DNA of 64,000 nt from Chrysemys picta bellii (lineage: Eukaryota). The translations under genes were made by a program, and so were the position numbers. Of the stretch, positions 20,059 through 32,254 are shown in pieces; the first letter of the stretch is position 1, and each line of letters opens with the position of its first letter. The DNA lies in NCBI RefSeq assembly GCF_011386835.1, contig NC_088802.1, forward strand, positions 1,674,001 through 1,738,000, written 5' to 3'. The notes under the pieces are model-generated. The model was not told the DNA's origin. It made no database searches and saw only the letters and a list, made by a program, of their open reading frames with translations.

Positions 20059-20064
20059 ATTAAA
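20059..20064 (+). terminator. Probable ZBTB12 poly(A) signal ATTAAA with downstream GU-rich tract; mirror 32656-32661
   Basis: Only AT-rich patch 3-prime of ZBTB12; ATTAAA followed by GTGTC/TTGTTTT. Confidence 0.5.
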
Positions 20065-20439
20065 AGGAAAGAAAAGAAAAAAGTGTCAAAGTTGTTTTAT
20101 TTGGGAGCACGGTCTGGTGGTGGGGCGCTGGGAGCCCGGACTCCTGGGTTCTCTCCCGGCTCTGGGAGGGGAGGGGGGGCTGGTGGGTTAGAGCAGGGGG
20201 TGGGCTGGGAGCCCGGACTCCTGGGTTCTCTTCGCGGCTCGGGGGGGGGGGAGTGGGGGGCTGGTGGGTTAGAGCAGGGGGTGGGGCTGGGAGCCCGGAC
20301 TCCTGGGTTCTCTCCCCGGCTCTGGGAGGGGAGTGGGGGGCTGGTGGGTTAGAGCAGGGGGTGGGGCTGGGAGCCCGGACTCCTGGGTTCTCTTCGCGGC
20401 TCGGGGGGGGGGGGGGTCTGGGCTGCGGGACCGACGTTG

Positions 20440-20586
20440 CCAGGGAAACACCAATGGGGATCGCTGGGGGGGCGGAGTGGCCCCGGCGGGGCGGGGCTTA
20501 GCGCGGTGTGGGGGCGGGGTCTCCGGCCGCCCCGCGGGTGACGTCACTGCCGGGCGCTGCCGCCGCGCGGCTGCCGGGACCGAGCC
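20440..20586 (+). promoter_or_regulatory. CpG-island promoter (CCAAT 20451, GC boxes ~20469-20520, CRE TGACGTCA 20539-20546)
   Basis: Motifs read directly; CpG dense. Confidence 0.6.
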
Positions 20587-20610
20587 ATGGAGGCGGCGGG
20601 AGCGGGCGAG
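20587..20610 (+). CDS. EHMT2: Probable first coding exon of EHMT2 (G9a), MEAAGAGE
   Basis: gccATGG Kozak in CpG island, Ala-rich mini-exon ending GAG|GTGGGG in phase 0; position 3-prime of ZBTB12 in same orientation matches mammalian synteny. No further exons visible. Confidence 0.45.
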
Positions 20611-20749
20611 GTGGGGGAGGGGCGAAGGGACCCAGGCGTCCGGGGGGGGGCGAGTCTCTGTGAGACCGGGACCAATGGGGGGGAGGGATCACTCCCCCGC
20701 CCCCCCCGCACAGACCGGGGGGCTGCGGGTCCGGGGGCCGGTCTGGGGG

Positions 20750-23700
20750 CAGTAGGGGGGTGACTGGGGGGCTGTGGGCGGGTTGCTGGGGGCAGTGGGG
20801 GGATTGTTGGCTGGGGGGCCGGGGATGGGGGCAGTAGGGGGGTGACTGGGGGGCTGTGGGCGGGTTGCTGGGGGGCAGTGGGGGGGTTGTTGGCTGGGGG
20901 GCCGGGCTGGGGGCAGGAGGGGGCTGGCTGGGGGCGCTGGGCTGGGGGGCAGTGGGGGGATTGTTGGCTGGGGGGCTGGGCTGGGGGCAGTAGGGGGGGG
21001 CTGTGGGCGGGTTGCTGGGGGGCAGTGGGGGGGTTGTCTGGGGGGCCGGGCTGGGGGGCAGTAGGGGGGTGGCTGGGAGCGGGTTGCTGGGGGGCAGTGG
21101 GGGGGTTGTCTGGGGGGCCGGGCTGGGGGCAGTAGGGGGGTGACTGGGGGGCTGGGGGCGGGTTGCTGGGGGGCAGTGGGGGGTGGTTGGCTGGGGGGCC
21201 GGGCTGGGGGCAGTAGGGGGTGACTGGGGGGCTGGGGGCGGGTTGCTGGGGGGCAGTGGGGGGATTGTTGGCTGGGGGGCTGGGCTGGGGGCAGTAGGGG
21301 GGTGGCTGGGAGCGGGTTGCTGGGGGACAGTGGGGGGGTTGTTGGCTGGAGGGCCGGGCTGGGGGCAGTAGGGGGGGGATGGGGGCGGGTTGCTGGGGGG
21401 CAGTGGGGGGGTTGTCTGGGGGGCCGGGCTGGGGGCAGTAGGGGGGTGACTGGGGGGGCTGGGGGCGGGGTTGCTGGGGGACAGTGGGGGGGGTTGTTGG
21501 CTGGAGGGACGGGCTGGGGCAGTAGGGGGGTGACTGGGGGGCTGTGGGCGGGTTGCTGGGGGGCAGTGGGGGGGGTTGTTGGCTGGGGGGCCGGCTGGGG
21601 GCAGTAGGGGGGTGACTGGGGGGCTGGGGGCGGGTTGCTGGGGGGCAGTGGGGGGATTGTTGGCTGGGGGGCGGGGCTGGGGGCAGGAGGGGGGTGTGAC
21701 TGGGGGCTGGGGGCGGGTTGCTGGGGGGCAGTGGGGGGATTGTTGGCTGGGGGGCGGGGCTGGGGGCAGGAGGGGGGTGACTGGGGGGCTGTGGGCGGGT
21801 TGCTGGGGGGCAGTGGGGGGATTGTTGGCTGGGGGGGCCGGGATGGGGGCAGTAGGGGGGTGACTGGGGGGCTGTGGGCGGGTTGCTGGGGGGCAGTGGG
21901 GGGGTTGTTGGCTGGGGGGCCGGGATGGGGGCAGTAGGGGGGTGACTGGGGGGCTGTGGGCGGGTTGCTGGGGGGCAGTGGGGGGATTGTTGGCTGGGGG
22001 GCCGGGCTGGGGGCAGTAGGGGGGTGGCTGGGAGCGGGTTGCTGGGGGGCAGTGGGGGGGTTGTCTGGGGGGCCGGGCTGGGGGCAGTAGGGGGGTGACT
22101 GGGGGGCTGGGGGCGGGTTGCTGGGGGGCAGTGGGGGGTGGTTGGCTGGGGGGCCGGGCTGGGGGCAGTAGGGGGTGACTGGGGGCTGGGGGCGGGGTTG
22201 CTGGGGGGCAGTGGGGGGGATTGTTGGCTGGGGGGCTGGGCTGGGGGCAGTAGGGGGGTGGCTGGGAGCGGGTTGCTGGGGGACAGTGGGGGGGTTGTTG
22301 GCTGGAGGGCCGGGCTGGGGGGCAGTAGGGGGGGGGATGGGGGCGGGTTGCTGGGGGGCAGTGGGGGGGTTGTCTGGGGGGCCGGGCTGGGGGCAGTAGG
22401 GGGGTGACTGGGGGGCTGGGGGCGGGTTGCTGGGGGACAGTGGGGGGGGTTGTTGGCTGGAGGGACGGGCTGGGGGCAGTAGGGGGGTGACTGGGGGGGC
22501 TGTGGGCGGGTTGCTGGGGGGCAGTGGGGGGGGTTGTTGGCTGGGGGGCCGGGCTGGGGGCAGTAGGGGGGTGACTGGGGGGCTGGGGGCGGGTTGCTGG
22601 GGGGCAGTGGGGGGGATTGTTGGCTGGGGGCGGGGCTGGGGGCAGGAGGGGGGTGACTGGGGGCTGGGGGCGGGTTGCTGGGGGCAGTGGGGGGATTGTT
22701 GGCTGGGGGGCGGGGCTGGGGGCAGGAGGGGGGGGGCTGGGGGCGGGTTGCTGGGGGGCAGTGGGGGGATTGTTGGCTGGGGGGCGGGGCTGGGGGCAGG
22801 AGGGGGGTGACTGGGGGCTGGGGGCGGGTTGCTGGGGGGCAGTGGAGGGGTTGTTGGCTGGGGGGCCGGGCTGGGGGCAGGAGGGGGGTGACTGGGGGCT
22901 GGGGGCGGGTTGCTGGGGGCAGTGGAGGGGTTGTTGGCTGGGGGGCCGGGCTGGGGGCAGTAGGGGGGTGACTGGGGGGCTGGGGGCGGGTTGCTGGGGG
23001 GCAGTGGGGGGGGTTGTTGGCTGGGGGGCCGGGCTGGGGGCAGTAGGGGGGTGACTGGGGGGCTGGGGGCGGGTTGCTGGGGGGCAGTGGGGGGATTGTT
23101 GGCTGGGGGGCGGGGCTGGGGGCAGGAGGGGGGTGACTGGGGGCTGGGGGCGGGTTGCTGGGGGGCAGTGGGGGGATTGTTGGCTGGGGGGCGGGGCTGG
23201 GGGCAGGAGGGGGGTGACTGGGGGCTGGGGGCGGGTTGCTGGGGGGCAGTGGAGGGGTTGTTGGCTGGGGGGCCGGGCTGGGGGCAGGAGGGGGGTGACT
23301 GGGGGCTGGGGCGGGTTGCTGGGGGGGCAGTGGAGGGGTTGTTGGCTGGGGGGCCGGGCTGGGGGCAGTAGGGGGGTGACTGGGGGGCTGGGGGCGGGTT
23401 GCTGGGGGGCAGTGGGGGGGGTTGTTGGCTGGGGGGCCGGGCTGGGGGCAGTAGGGGGGTGACTGGGGGGCTGGGGGCGGGTTGCTGGGGGGCAGTGGGG
23501 GGATTGTTGGCTGGGGGGCGGGGCTGGGGGCAGGAGGGGGGTGACTGGGGGCTGGGGGCGGGTTGCTGGGGGGCAGTGGAGGGGTTGTTGGCTGGGGGGC
23601 CGGGCTGGGGGCAGTAGGGGGGTGACTGGGGGGCTGTGGGCGGGTTGCTGGGGGGCAGTGGAGGGGTTGTTGGCTGGGGGCAGTAGGGGGGTGACTGGGG

Positions 23701-26700
23701 GGCTGGGGGGAGGTTGCTGGGGGGCAGTGGGGGGGTTGTTGGCTGGGGGGCTGGGCTGGGGGCAGTAGGGGGGTGACTGGGGGGCTGGGGGGGGGTTGCT
23801 GGGGGGCAGTGGAGGGGTTGTTGGCTGGAGGGCCGGGCTGGGGGCAGGAGGGGGCTGGCTGGGGGCGCTGGGCTGGGGGACAGTGGGGGGGTTGTTGGAT
23901 GGGGGGCCGGGCTGGGGGCAGTAGGGGGGTGACTGGGGGCTGGGGGTGGGTTGCTGGGGGGCAGTGGGGGGGTTGTTGGCTGGGGGGCCGGGCTGGGGGC
24001 AGTAGGGGGGTGACTGGGGGCTGGGGGTGGGTTGCTGGGGGGCAGTGGGGGGGTTGTTGGCTGGGGGGCCGGGCTGGGGGCAGTAGGGGGGGTGACTGGG
24101 GGCTGGGGGTGGGTTGCTGGGGGGCAGTGGGGGGGATTGTTGGCTGGGGGGCCGGGCTGGGGGCAGTAGGGGGGTGACTGGGGGCTGGGGGTGGGTTGCT
24201 GGGGGGCAGTGGGGGGGTTGTTGCTGGAGGGCCGGGCTGGGGGCAGGAGGGGGCTGGCTGGGGGCGCTGGGCTGGGGGGCAGTGGGGGGGTTGTTGGCTG
24301 GGGGGCTGGGCTGGGGGCAGTAGGGGGATGACTGGGGGGCTGGGGGCGGGTTGCTGGGGGGCAGTGGGGGGGTTGTTGTCTGGAGGGACGGGCTGGGGGC
24401 AGTAGGGGGGTGACTGGGGGGCTGGGGGCGGGTTGCTGGGGGGCAGTGGGGGGATTGTTGGCTGGGGGGCCGGGCTGGGGGCAGTAGGGGGATGACTGGG
24501 GGGCTGTGGGCGGGTTGCTGGGGGGCAGTGGGGGGGTTGTTGGCTGGGGGGCCGGGCTGGGGGCAGTAGGGTGGTGACTGGGGGGCTGTGGGCGGGTTGC
24601 TGGGGAGCAGTGGGGGGGTTGTTGGCTGGGGGGCCGGGCTGGGGGTCAGTAGGGTGGTGACTGGGGGGCTGGGGGCGGGTTGCTGGGGGGCAGTGGGGGG
24701 GTTGTTGGCTGGGGGAAGTAGAGGGTGACTGGGGGTCTGGGGGCAGGTTGCTGGGGGGCAGTGGGGGGGTTGTTGGCTGGAGGGACGGGCTGGGGGCAGT
24801 AGGGGGGTGACTGGGGGGCTGTGGGCGGGTTGCTGGGGGGCAGTGGGGGGGTTGTTGGCTGGGGGGCCGGGCTGGGGGCAGTAGGGGGTGACTGGGGGCT
24901 GGGGGCGGGTTTGCTGGGGGGCAGTGGGGGGGTTGTTGGCTGGGGGGCCGGGTTGGGGGGTGACTGGGGAGCTGTGGGCGGGTTGCTGGGGGGCAGTGGG
25001 GGGTTTTTGGCTGGGGGGCCGGTCTGGGGGCAGTAGGGGGGTGACTGGGGGGCTGTGGGCGGGTTGCTGGGGGGCAGTGGGGGGATTGTTGGCTGGGGGG
25101 CCGGGCTGGGGGCAGTAGGGGGTGACTGGGGGGCTGGGGGCGGGTTGCTTGGGGGCAGTGGGGGAATTGTTGGCTGGGGGGCCGGTCTGGGGGCAGTAGG
25201 GGGGTGACTGGGGGCTGGGGGCGGGTTGCTGGGGGGCAGTGGGGGGATTGTTGGCTGGGGGGCCGGGCTGGGGGCAGGAGGGGGGTGACTGGGGGGCTGT
25301 CGGCGGGTTGCTGGGGGGCAGTGGGGGGATTGTTGGCTGGGGGGCTGGGCTGGGGGCAGGAGGGGGGTGACTGGGGGGCTGTCGGCGGGTTGCTGGGGGG
25401 CAGTGGGGGGGTTGTTGGCTGGAGGTCCGGGCTGGGGGCAGTAGGGGGGGGATGGGGGCGGGTTGCTGGGGGGCAGTGGGGGGTTGTTGGCTGGGGGGCC
25501 GGGCTGGGGGCAGGAAGGGGGTGACTGGGGGGCTGGGGGCAGGTTGCTGGGGGGGCAGTGGGGGGGTTGTTGGCTGGGGGCCGGGCTGGGGGCAGTAGGG
25601 GGGTGACTGGGGGGCTGTGGGCGGGTTGCTGGGGGGCAGTGGGGGGGTTGTTGGCTGGGGGGCCGGGCTGGGGGCAGGAAGGGGGTGACTGGGGGGCTGG
25701 GGGCAGGTTGCTGGGGGGCAGTGGGGGGGTTGTTGGCTGGGGGCCGGGCTGGGGGCAGTAGGGGGGTGACTGGGGGCGGGTTGCTGGGGGGGCAGTGGGG
25801 GGATTGTTGGCTGGGGGGCCGGGCTGGGGGCAGTAGGGGGTGACTGGGGGCTGGGGGCAGGTTGCTGGGGGGCAGTGGGGGGTTGTTGGCTGGGGGCCGG
25901 GCTGGGGGCAGTAGGGGGGTGACTGGGGGGCTGGGGGCGGGTTGCTGGGGGGCAGTGGGGGGGTTGTTGGCTGGGGGCAGTAGGGGGTGACTGGGGGTCT
26001 GGGGGCAGGTTGCTGGGGGGCAGTGGGGGGGTTGTTGGCTGGAGGGACGGGCTGGGGGCAGTAGGGGGGTGACTGGGGGGCTGTGGGCGGGTTGCTGGGG
26101 GGCAGTGGGGGGTTGTTGGCTGGGGGCCGGGCTGGGGGCAGTAGGGGGTGACTGGGGGCTGGGGGCGGGTTGCTGGGGGGCAGTGGGGGGGGTTGTTGGC
26201 TGGGGGCCGGGCTGGGGGGTGACAGGGGAGCTGTGGGCGGGGTTGCTGGGGGGCAGTGGGGGGATTGTTGGCTGGGGGGCCGGGCTGGGGGCAGGAGGGG
26301 GTGACTGGGGGCTGGGGGCGGGTTTGCTGGGGGGCAGTGGGGGGGTTGGCTGGGGGGCCGGGCTTGGGGCAGGAGGGGGCTGGCTGGGGGGGCTGGGGGC
26401 GGGTTGCTGGGGGGCAGTGGGGGGGTTGGCTGGGGGGCCGGGCTGGGGGCAGTAGGGGGGTGACTGGGGGGCTGTGGGCGGGTTGCTGGGGGGCAGTGGG
26501 GGATTGTTGGCTGGGGGGACGGGCTGGGGGCAGTAGGGGGGTGACTGGGGGGCTGGGGTCGGGTGATTGGGGGCAGTGGGGGGTTGTTGTCTGGGGGCAG
26601 TAGGGGGTGACTGGGGGTCTGGGGGCAGGTTGCTGGGGAGCAGTGGGCGGGTTGTTGGCTGGGGGGCCGGGCTGGGGGCAGTAGGGGGGTGACTGAGGGG

Positions 26701-29700
26701 CTGTGGGCGGGTGCTGGGGGGCAGTGGGGGGATTGTTGTCTGGGGGGCTGGGCTGGGGGCAGTAGGGGGGTGACTGGGGGGCTGGGGGCGGGTTGCTGGG
26801 GGGGCAGTGGGGGGGTTGTTGGCTGGGGGGCCGGGCTGGGGGCAGTAGGGGGTGACTGGGGGGCTGGGGGCAGGTTTGCTGGGGGGCAGTGGGGGGATTG
26901 TTGGCTGGGGGGACGGGCTGGGGGCAGTAGGGGGGTGACTGGGGGGCTGGGGTCGGGTGACTGGGGGGCAGTGGGGGGTTGTTGTCTGGGGGCAGTAGGG
27001 GGTGACTGGGGGTCTGGGGGCAGGTTGCTGGGGAGCAGTGGGCGGGTTGTTGGCTGGGGGGCCGGGCTGGGGGCAGTAGGGGGGTGACTGAGGGCTGTGG
27101 GCGGGTTGCTGGGGGGCAGTGGGGGGGTTGTTGGCTGGGGGGCCGGGCTGGGGGCAGTAGGGGGTGACTGGGGGCTGGGGGCGGGTTGCTGGGGGGCAGT
27201 GGGGGGGTTGTTGGCTGGGGGGCCGGGCTGGGGGGTGACTGGGGAGCTGTGGGCGGGTTGCTGGGGGGCAGTGGGGGGGTTGTTGGCTGGGGGGCCGGGC
27301 TGGGGGCAGTAGGGGGTGACTGGGGGCTGGGGGCAGGTTGCTGGGGGGCAGTGGGGGGGTTGTTGGCTGGGGGGCCGGCTGGGGGCAGTAGGGGGGTGAC
27401 TGGGGGGCTGGGGGCGGGTTGCTGGGGGGCAGTGGGGGGGTTGTTGGCTGGGGGCAGTAGGGGGTGACTGGGGGTCTGGGGGCAGGTTGCTGGGGGGCAG
27501 TGGGGGGGTTGTTGGCTGGAGGGACGGGCTGGGGGCAGTAGGGGGGGTGACTGGGGGGCTGTGGGCGGGTTGCTGGGGGGCAGTGGGGGGGTTGTTGGCT
27601 GGGGGGCCGGGCTGGGGGCAGTAGGGGGTGACTGGGGGCTGGGGCGGGGTTGCTGGGGGGCAGTGGGGGGGTTGTTGGCTGGGGGGCCGGGCTGGGGGGT
27701 GACTGGGGAGCTGTGGGCGGGTTGCTGGGGGGCAGTGGGGGGATTGTTGGCTGGGGGGCCGGGCTGGGGGCAGGAGGGGGTGACTGGGGGCTGGGGGCGG
27801 GTTGCTGGGGGGCAGTGGGGGGGTTGTTGGCTGGGGGGCCGGGCTGGGGGGTGACTGGGGAGCTGTGGGCGGGTTGCTGGGGGGCAGTGGGGGTTTTTTG
27901 GCTGGGGGGCCGGTCTGGGGGCAGTAGGGGGGTGACTGGGGGGCTGGGGGCGGGTTGCTGGGGGGCAGTGGGGGGATTGTTGGCTGGGGGGCCGGGCTGG
28001 GGGCAGGAGGGGGTGACTGGGGGCTGGGGGCGGGTTGCTGGGGGGCAGTGGGGGGGTTGGCTGGGGGGCCGGGCTGGGGGCAGGAGGGGGCTGGCTGGGG
28101 GGCTGGGGGCGGGTTGCTGGGGGGCAGTGGGGGGGTTGGCTGGGGGGCCGGGCTGGGGGCAGTAGGGGGGTGACTGGGGGGCTGTGGGCGGGTTGCTGGG
28201 GGGCAGTGGGGGGATTGTTGGCTGGGGGGACGGGCTGGGGGCAGTAGGGGGGTGACTGGGGGGCTGGGGTCGGGTGACTGGGGGGCAGTGGGGGGTTGTT
28301 GTCTGGGGGCAGTAGGGGGTGACTGGGGGTCTGGGGGCAGGTTGCTGGGGAGCAGTGGGCGGGTTGTTGGCTGGGGGGCCGGGCTGGGGGCAGTAGGGGG
28401 GTGACTGAGGGCTGTGGGCGGGTTGCTGGGGGGCAGTGGGGGGGTTGTTGGCTGGGGGGCCGGGCTGGGGGCAGTAGGGGGTGACTGGGGGCTGGGGGCG
28501 GGTTGCTGGGGGCAGTGGGGGGGTTGTTGGCTGGGGGGCCGGGCTGGGGGGTGACTGGGGAGCTGTGGGCGGTTGCTGGGGGGCAGTGGGGGGGTTGTTG
28601 GCTGGGGGGCCGGGCTGGGGGCAGTAGGGGGTGACTGGGGGCTGGGGGCAGGTTGCTGGGGGGCAGTGGGGGGGTTGTTGGCTGGGGGGCCGGGGGCTGG
28701 GGCAGTAGGGGGGTGACTGGGGGGCTGGGGGCGGGTTGCTGGGGGGCAGTGGGGGGGTTGTTGGCTGGGGGCAGTAGGGGGTGACTGGGGGTCTGGGGGC
28801 AGGTTGCTGGGGGGCAGTGGGGGGGTTGTTGGCTGGAGGGACGGCTGGGGGCAGTAGGGGGGTGACTGGGGGGCTGTGGGCGGGTTGCTGGGGGGCAGTG
28901 GGGGGGTTGTTGGCTGGGGGGCCGGGCTGGGGGCAGTAGGGGGTGACTGGGGGCTGGGGGCGGGTTGCTGGGGGGCAGTGGGGGGGTTGTTGGCTGGGGG
29001 GCCGGGCTGGGGGGTGACTGGGGAGCTGTGGGCGGGTTGCTGGGGGGCAGTGGGGGGATTGTTGGCTGGGGGGCCGGGCTGGGGGCAGGAGGGGGTGACT
29101 GGGGGCTGGGGGCGGGTTGCTGGGGGGCAGTGGGGGGGTTGTTGGCTGGGGGGGCCGGGCTGGGGGGTGACTGGGAGCTGTGGGCGGGTTGCTGGGGGGC
29201 AGTGGGGGTTTTTTGGCTGGGGGGCCGGTCTGGGGGCAGTAGGGGGGTGACTGGGGGGCTGGGGGCGGGTTGCTGGGGGCAGTGGGGGGATTGTTGGCTG
29301 GGGGGCCGGGCTGGGGGCAGGAGGGGGTGACTGGGGGCTGGGGGCGGGTTGCTGGGGGGCAGTGGGGGGGTTGGCTGGGGGCCGGGCTGGGGGCAGGAGG
29401 GGGCTGGCTGGGGCTGGGGGCGGGTTGCTGGGGGGCAGTGGGGGGTTGGCTGGGGGGCCGGGCTGGGGGCAGTAGGGGGGTGACTGGGGGGCTGTGGGCG
29501 GGTTGCTGGGGGGCAGTGGGGGGATTGTTGGCTGGGGGGCCGGGCTGGGGGCAGGAGGGGGCTGGCTGGGGGGGCTGGGGGCGGGTTGCTGGGGGGCAGT
29601 GGGGGGTGGTTGGCTGGGGGGCCGGGCTGGGGGCAGGAGGGGGGTGACTGGGGGCTGGGGGCGGGTTGCTGGGGGGGCAGTGGGGGGGTTGGCTGGGGGG

Positions 29701-31754
29701 CCGGGCTGGGGGCAGGAGGGGGCTGGCTGGGGGCGCTGGGCTGGGGGGCAGTGGGGGGTGGTTGGCTGGGGGGCCGGGCTGGGGGCAGTAGGGGGGTGAC
29801 TGGGGGGCTGGGGGCGGGTTGCTGGGGGGCAGTGGGGGGGTTGTTGGCTGGGGGGCCGGGCTGGGGCAGTAGGGGGGTGACTGGGGGGCTGGGGGCGGGT
29901 TGCTGGGGGGCAGTGGGGGGTTGTTGGCTGGGGGGCCGGGATGGGGGCAGTAGGGGGTGTGACTGGGGGGCTGTGGGCGGGTTGCTGGGGGGCAGTGGGG
30001 GGGTTGTTGGCTGGGGGGCCGGGCTGGGGGCAGTAGGGGGTGACTGGGGAGCTGGGAGCGGGTTGCTGGGGGGCAGTGGGGGGATTGTTGGCTGGGGGCC
30101 GGTCTGGGGGCAGTAGGGGGGTGACTGGGCAGCTGTGGGCGGGTTGCTGGGGGGCAGTGGGGGGATTGTTGGCTGGGGGGCCGGGCTGGGGGCAGTAGGG
30201 GGTGACTGGGGGGCCGGGCTGGGGGCAGTAGGGGGTGACTGGGGGGCTGGGGGCGGGTTGCTGGGGGGGCAGTGGGGGGATTGTTGGCTGGGGGGCCGGG
30301 CTGGGGGCAGTAGGGGGGGGTGATTGGGGGCGCTGGGCTGGGGGGCAGTGGAGGGGTTGTTGGCTGGAGGGCCGGGCTGGGGGCAGTAGGGGGTGACTGG
30401 GGGGCTGGGGGTGGGTTGCTGGGGGGCAGTGGGGGGGTTGTTGGCTGGAGGGCCGGGCTGGGGGCAGTAGGGGGGTGACTGGGGGGCTGTGGGCGGGTGG
30501 CTGGGGGGCAGTGGGGGGATTGTTGTCTGGGGGGCTGGGCTGGGGGCAGTAGGGGGGTGACTGGGGGGCTGGGGGCGGGTTGCTGGGGGGGCAGTGGGGG
30601 GGTTGTTGGCTGGGGGCCGGGCTGGGGGCAGTAGGGGGTGACTGGGGGGCTGGGGGCGGGTTGCTGGGGGCAGTGGGGGGATTGTTGGCTGGGGGGACGG
30701 GCTGGGGGCAGTAGGGGGGTGACTGGGGGGCTGGGGTCGGGTGACTGGGGGGCAGTGGGGGGTTGTTGTCTGGGGGCAGTAGGGGGTGACTGGGGGTCTG
30801 GGGGCAGGTTGCTGGGGAGCAGTGGGCGGGTTGTTGGCTGGGGGGCCGGGCTGGGGGCAGTAGGGGGGTGACTGGGGGCTGGGGGCGGGTTGCTGGAGGG
30901 CAGTGGGGGGGTTGTTGGCTGGGGGGCCGGGCTGGGGGCAGTAGGGGGGTGACTGGGGGGCTGTGGGTGGGTTGCTGGGGGGCAGTGGGGGGGTTGGCTG
31001 GGGGGCCGGGCTGGGGGCAGTAGGGGGGTGACTGGGGGGCTGGGGGCGGGTTGCTGGGGGGCAGTGGAGGGGTTGTTGGCTGGAGGGCCGGGCTGGGGGG
31101 TGACTGGGGGGCTGGGGGCGGGTTGCTGGGGGGCAGTGGGGGGATTGTTGGCTGGAGGGCCGGGCTGGGGGCAGTAGGGGAGTGACTGGGGGCTGGGGGC
31201 GGGTTGCTGGGGGGCAGTGGGGGGGTTGGCTGGGGGGCCGGGCTGGGGGCAGGAGGGGGGGATGGGGGCGCTGGGCTGGGGGGCAGTGGGGGGGTTGTCT
31301 GGGGGGCCGGGCTGGGGGCAGGAGGGGGCTGGCTGGGGGCGCTGGGCTGGGGGGCAGTGGGGGGGTTGTTGGCTGGAGGGACGGGCTGGGGGCAGTAGGG
31401 GGGTGACTGGGGGGGCTGTGGGCGGGTTGCTGGGGGGCAGTGGGGGGTTGTTGGCTGGGGGGCCGGGCTGGGGGCAGTAGGGGGGTGACTGGGGGGCTGT
31501 GGGCGGGTTGCTGGGGGGCAGTGGGGGGGTTGTTGGCTGGGGGGCCGGGCTGGGGGCAGTAGGGGGGTGACTGGGGGGCTGTGGGCGGGTTGCTGGGGGG
31601 GCAGTGAGGGGATTGTTGGCTGGGAGGGCCGGGCTGGGGGGGTGACTGGGGGGCTGTGGGCGGGTTGCTGGGGGGCAGTGGGGGGGTTGTTGGCTGGGGG
31701 GCCGGGCTGGGGGCAGTAGGGTGGTGACCGGGGGGCTAGGGGCGGGTTGCTGGG
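20750..31754 (+). repeat. ~11-kb G-rich tandem array, ~82-bp monomer (GGGGCAGTAGGGGGGTGACTGGGGGGCTGGGGGCGGGTTGCTGGGGGGCAGTGGGGGGGTTGTTGGCTGGGGGGCCGGGCTG-like), runs into gap
   Basis: Directly visible; roughly 130 degenerate monomers. Confidence 0.97.
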
Positions 31755-32254
31755 NNNNNNNNNNNNNNNNNNNNNNNNNNNNNNNNNNNNNNNNNNNNNN
31801 NNNNNNNNNNNNNNNNNNNNNNNNNNNNNNNNNNNNNNNNNNNNNNNNNNNNNNNNNNNNNNNNNNNNNNNNNNNNNNNNNNNNNNNNNNNNNNNNNNNN
31901 NNNNNNNNNNNNNNNNNNNNNNNNNNNNNNNNNNNNNNNNNNNNNNNNNNNNNNNNNNNNNNNNNNNNNNNNNNNNNNNNNNNNNNNNNNNNNNNNNNNN
32001 NNNNNNNNNNNNNNNNNNNNNNNNNNNNNNNNNNNNNNNNNNNNNNNNNNNNNNNNNNNNNNNNNNNNNNNNNNNNNNNNNNNNNNNNNNNNNNNNNNNN
32101 NNNNNNNNNNNNNNNNNNNNNNNNNNNNNNNNNNNNNNNNNNNNNNNNNNNNNNNNNNNNNNNNNNNNNNNNNNNNNNNNNNNNNNNNNNNNNNNNNNNN
32201 NNNNNNNNNNNNNNNNNNNNNNNNNNNNNNNNNNNNNNNNNNNNNNNNNNNNNN
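31755..32254. other. Assembly gap, exactly 500 N
   Basis: N run; round length suggests a placeholder of unknown size. Confidence 0.99.

Larger units (their letters stand above)
1..20410. repeat. Left arm of large inverted duplication (mirror of ~32255-49246); continues beyond window start
   Basis: Position 1 onward is the reverse complement of 49246 downward; exons, LTR insertions and VNTRs occur in mirror order. Confidence 0.95.

Noticed and set aside
20842-31480. Dozens of Gly/Trp-rich plus-strand ORFs
   Set aside because: Translations of the G-rich tandem repeat starting at GTG/TTG
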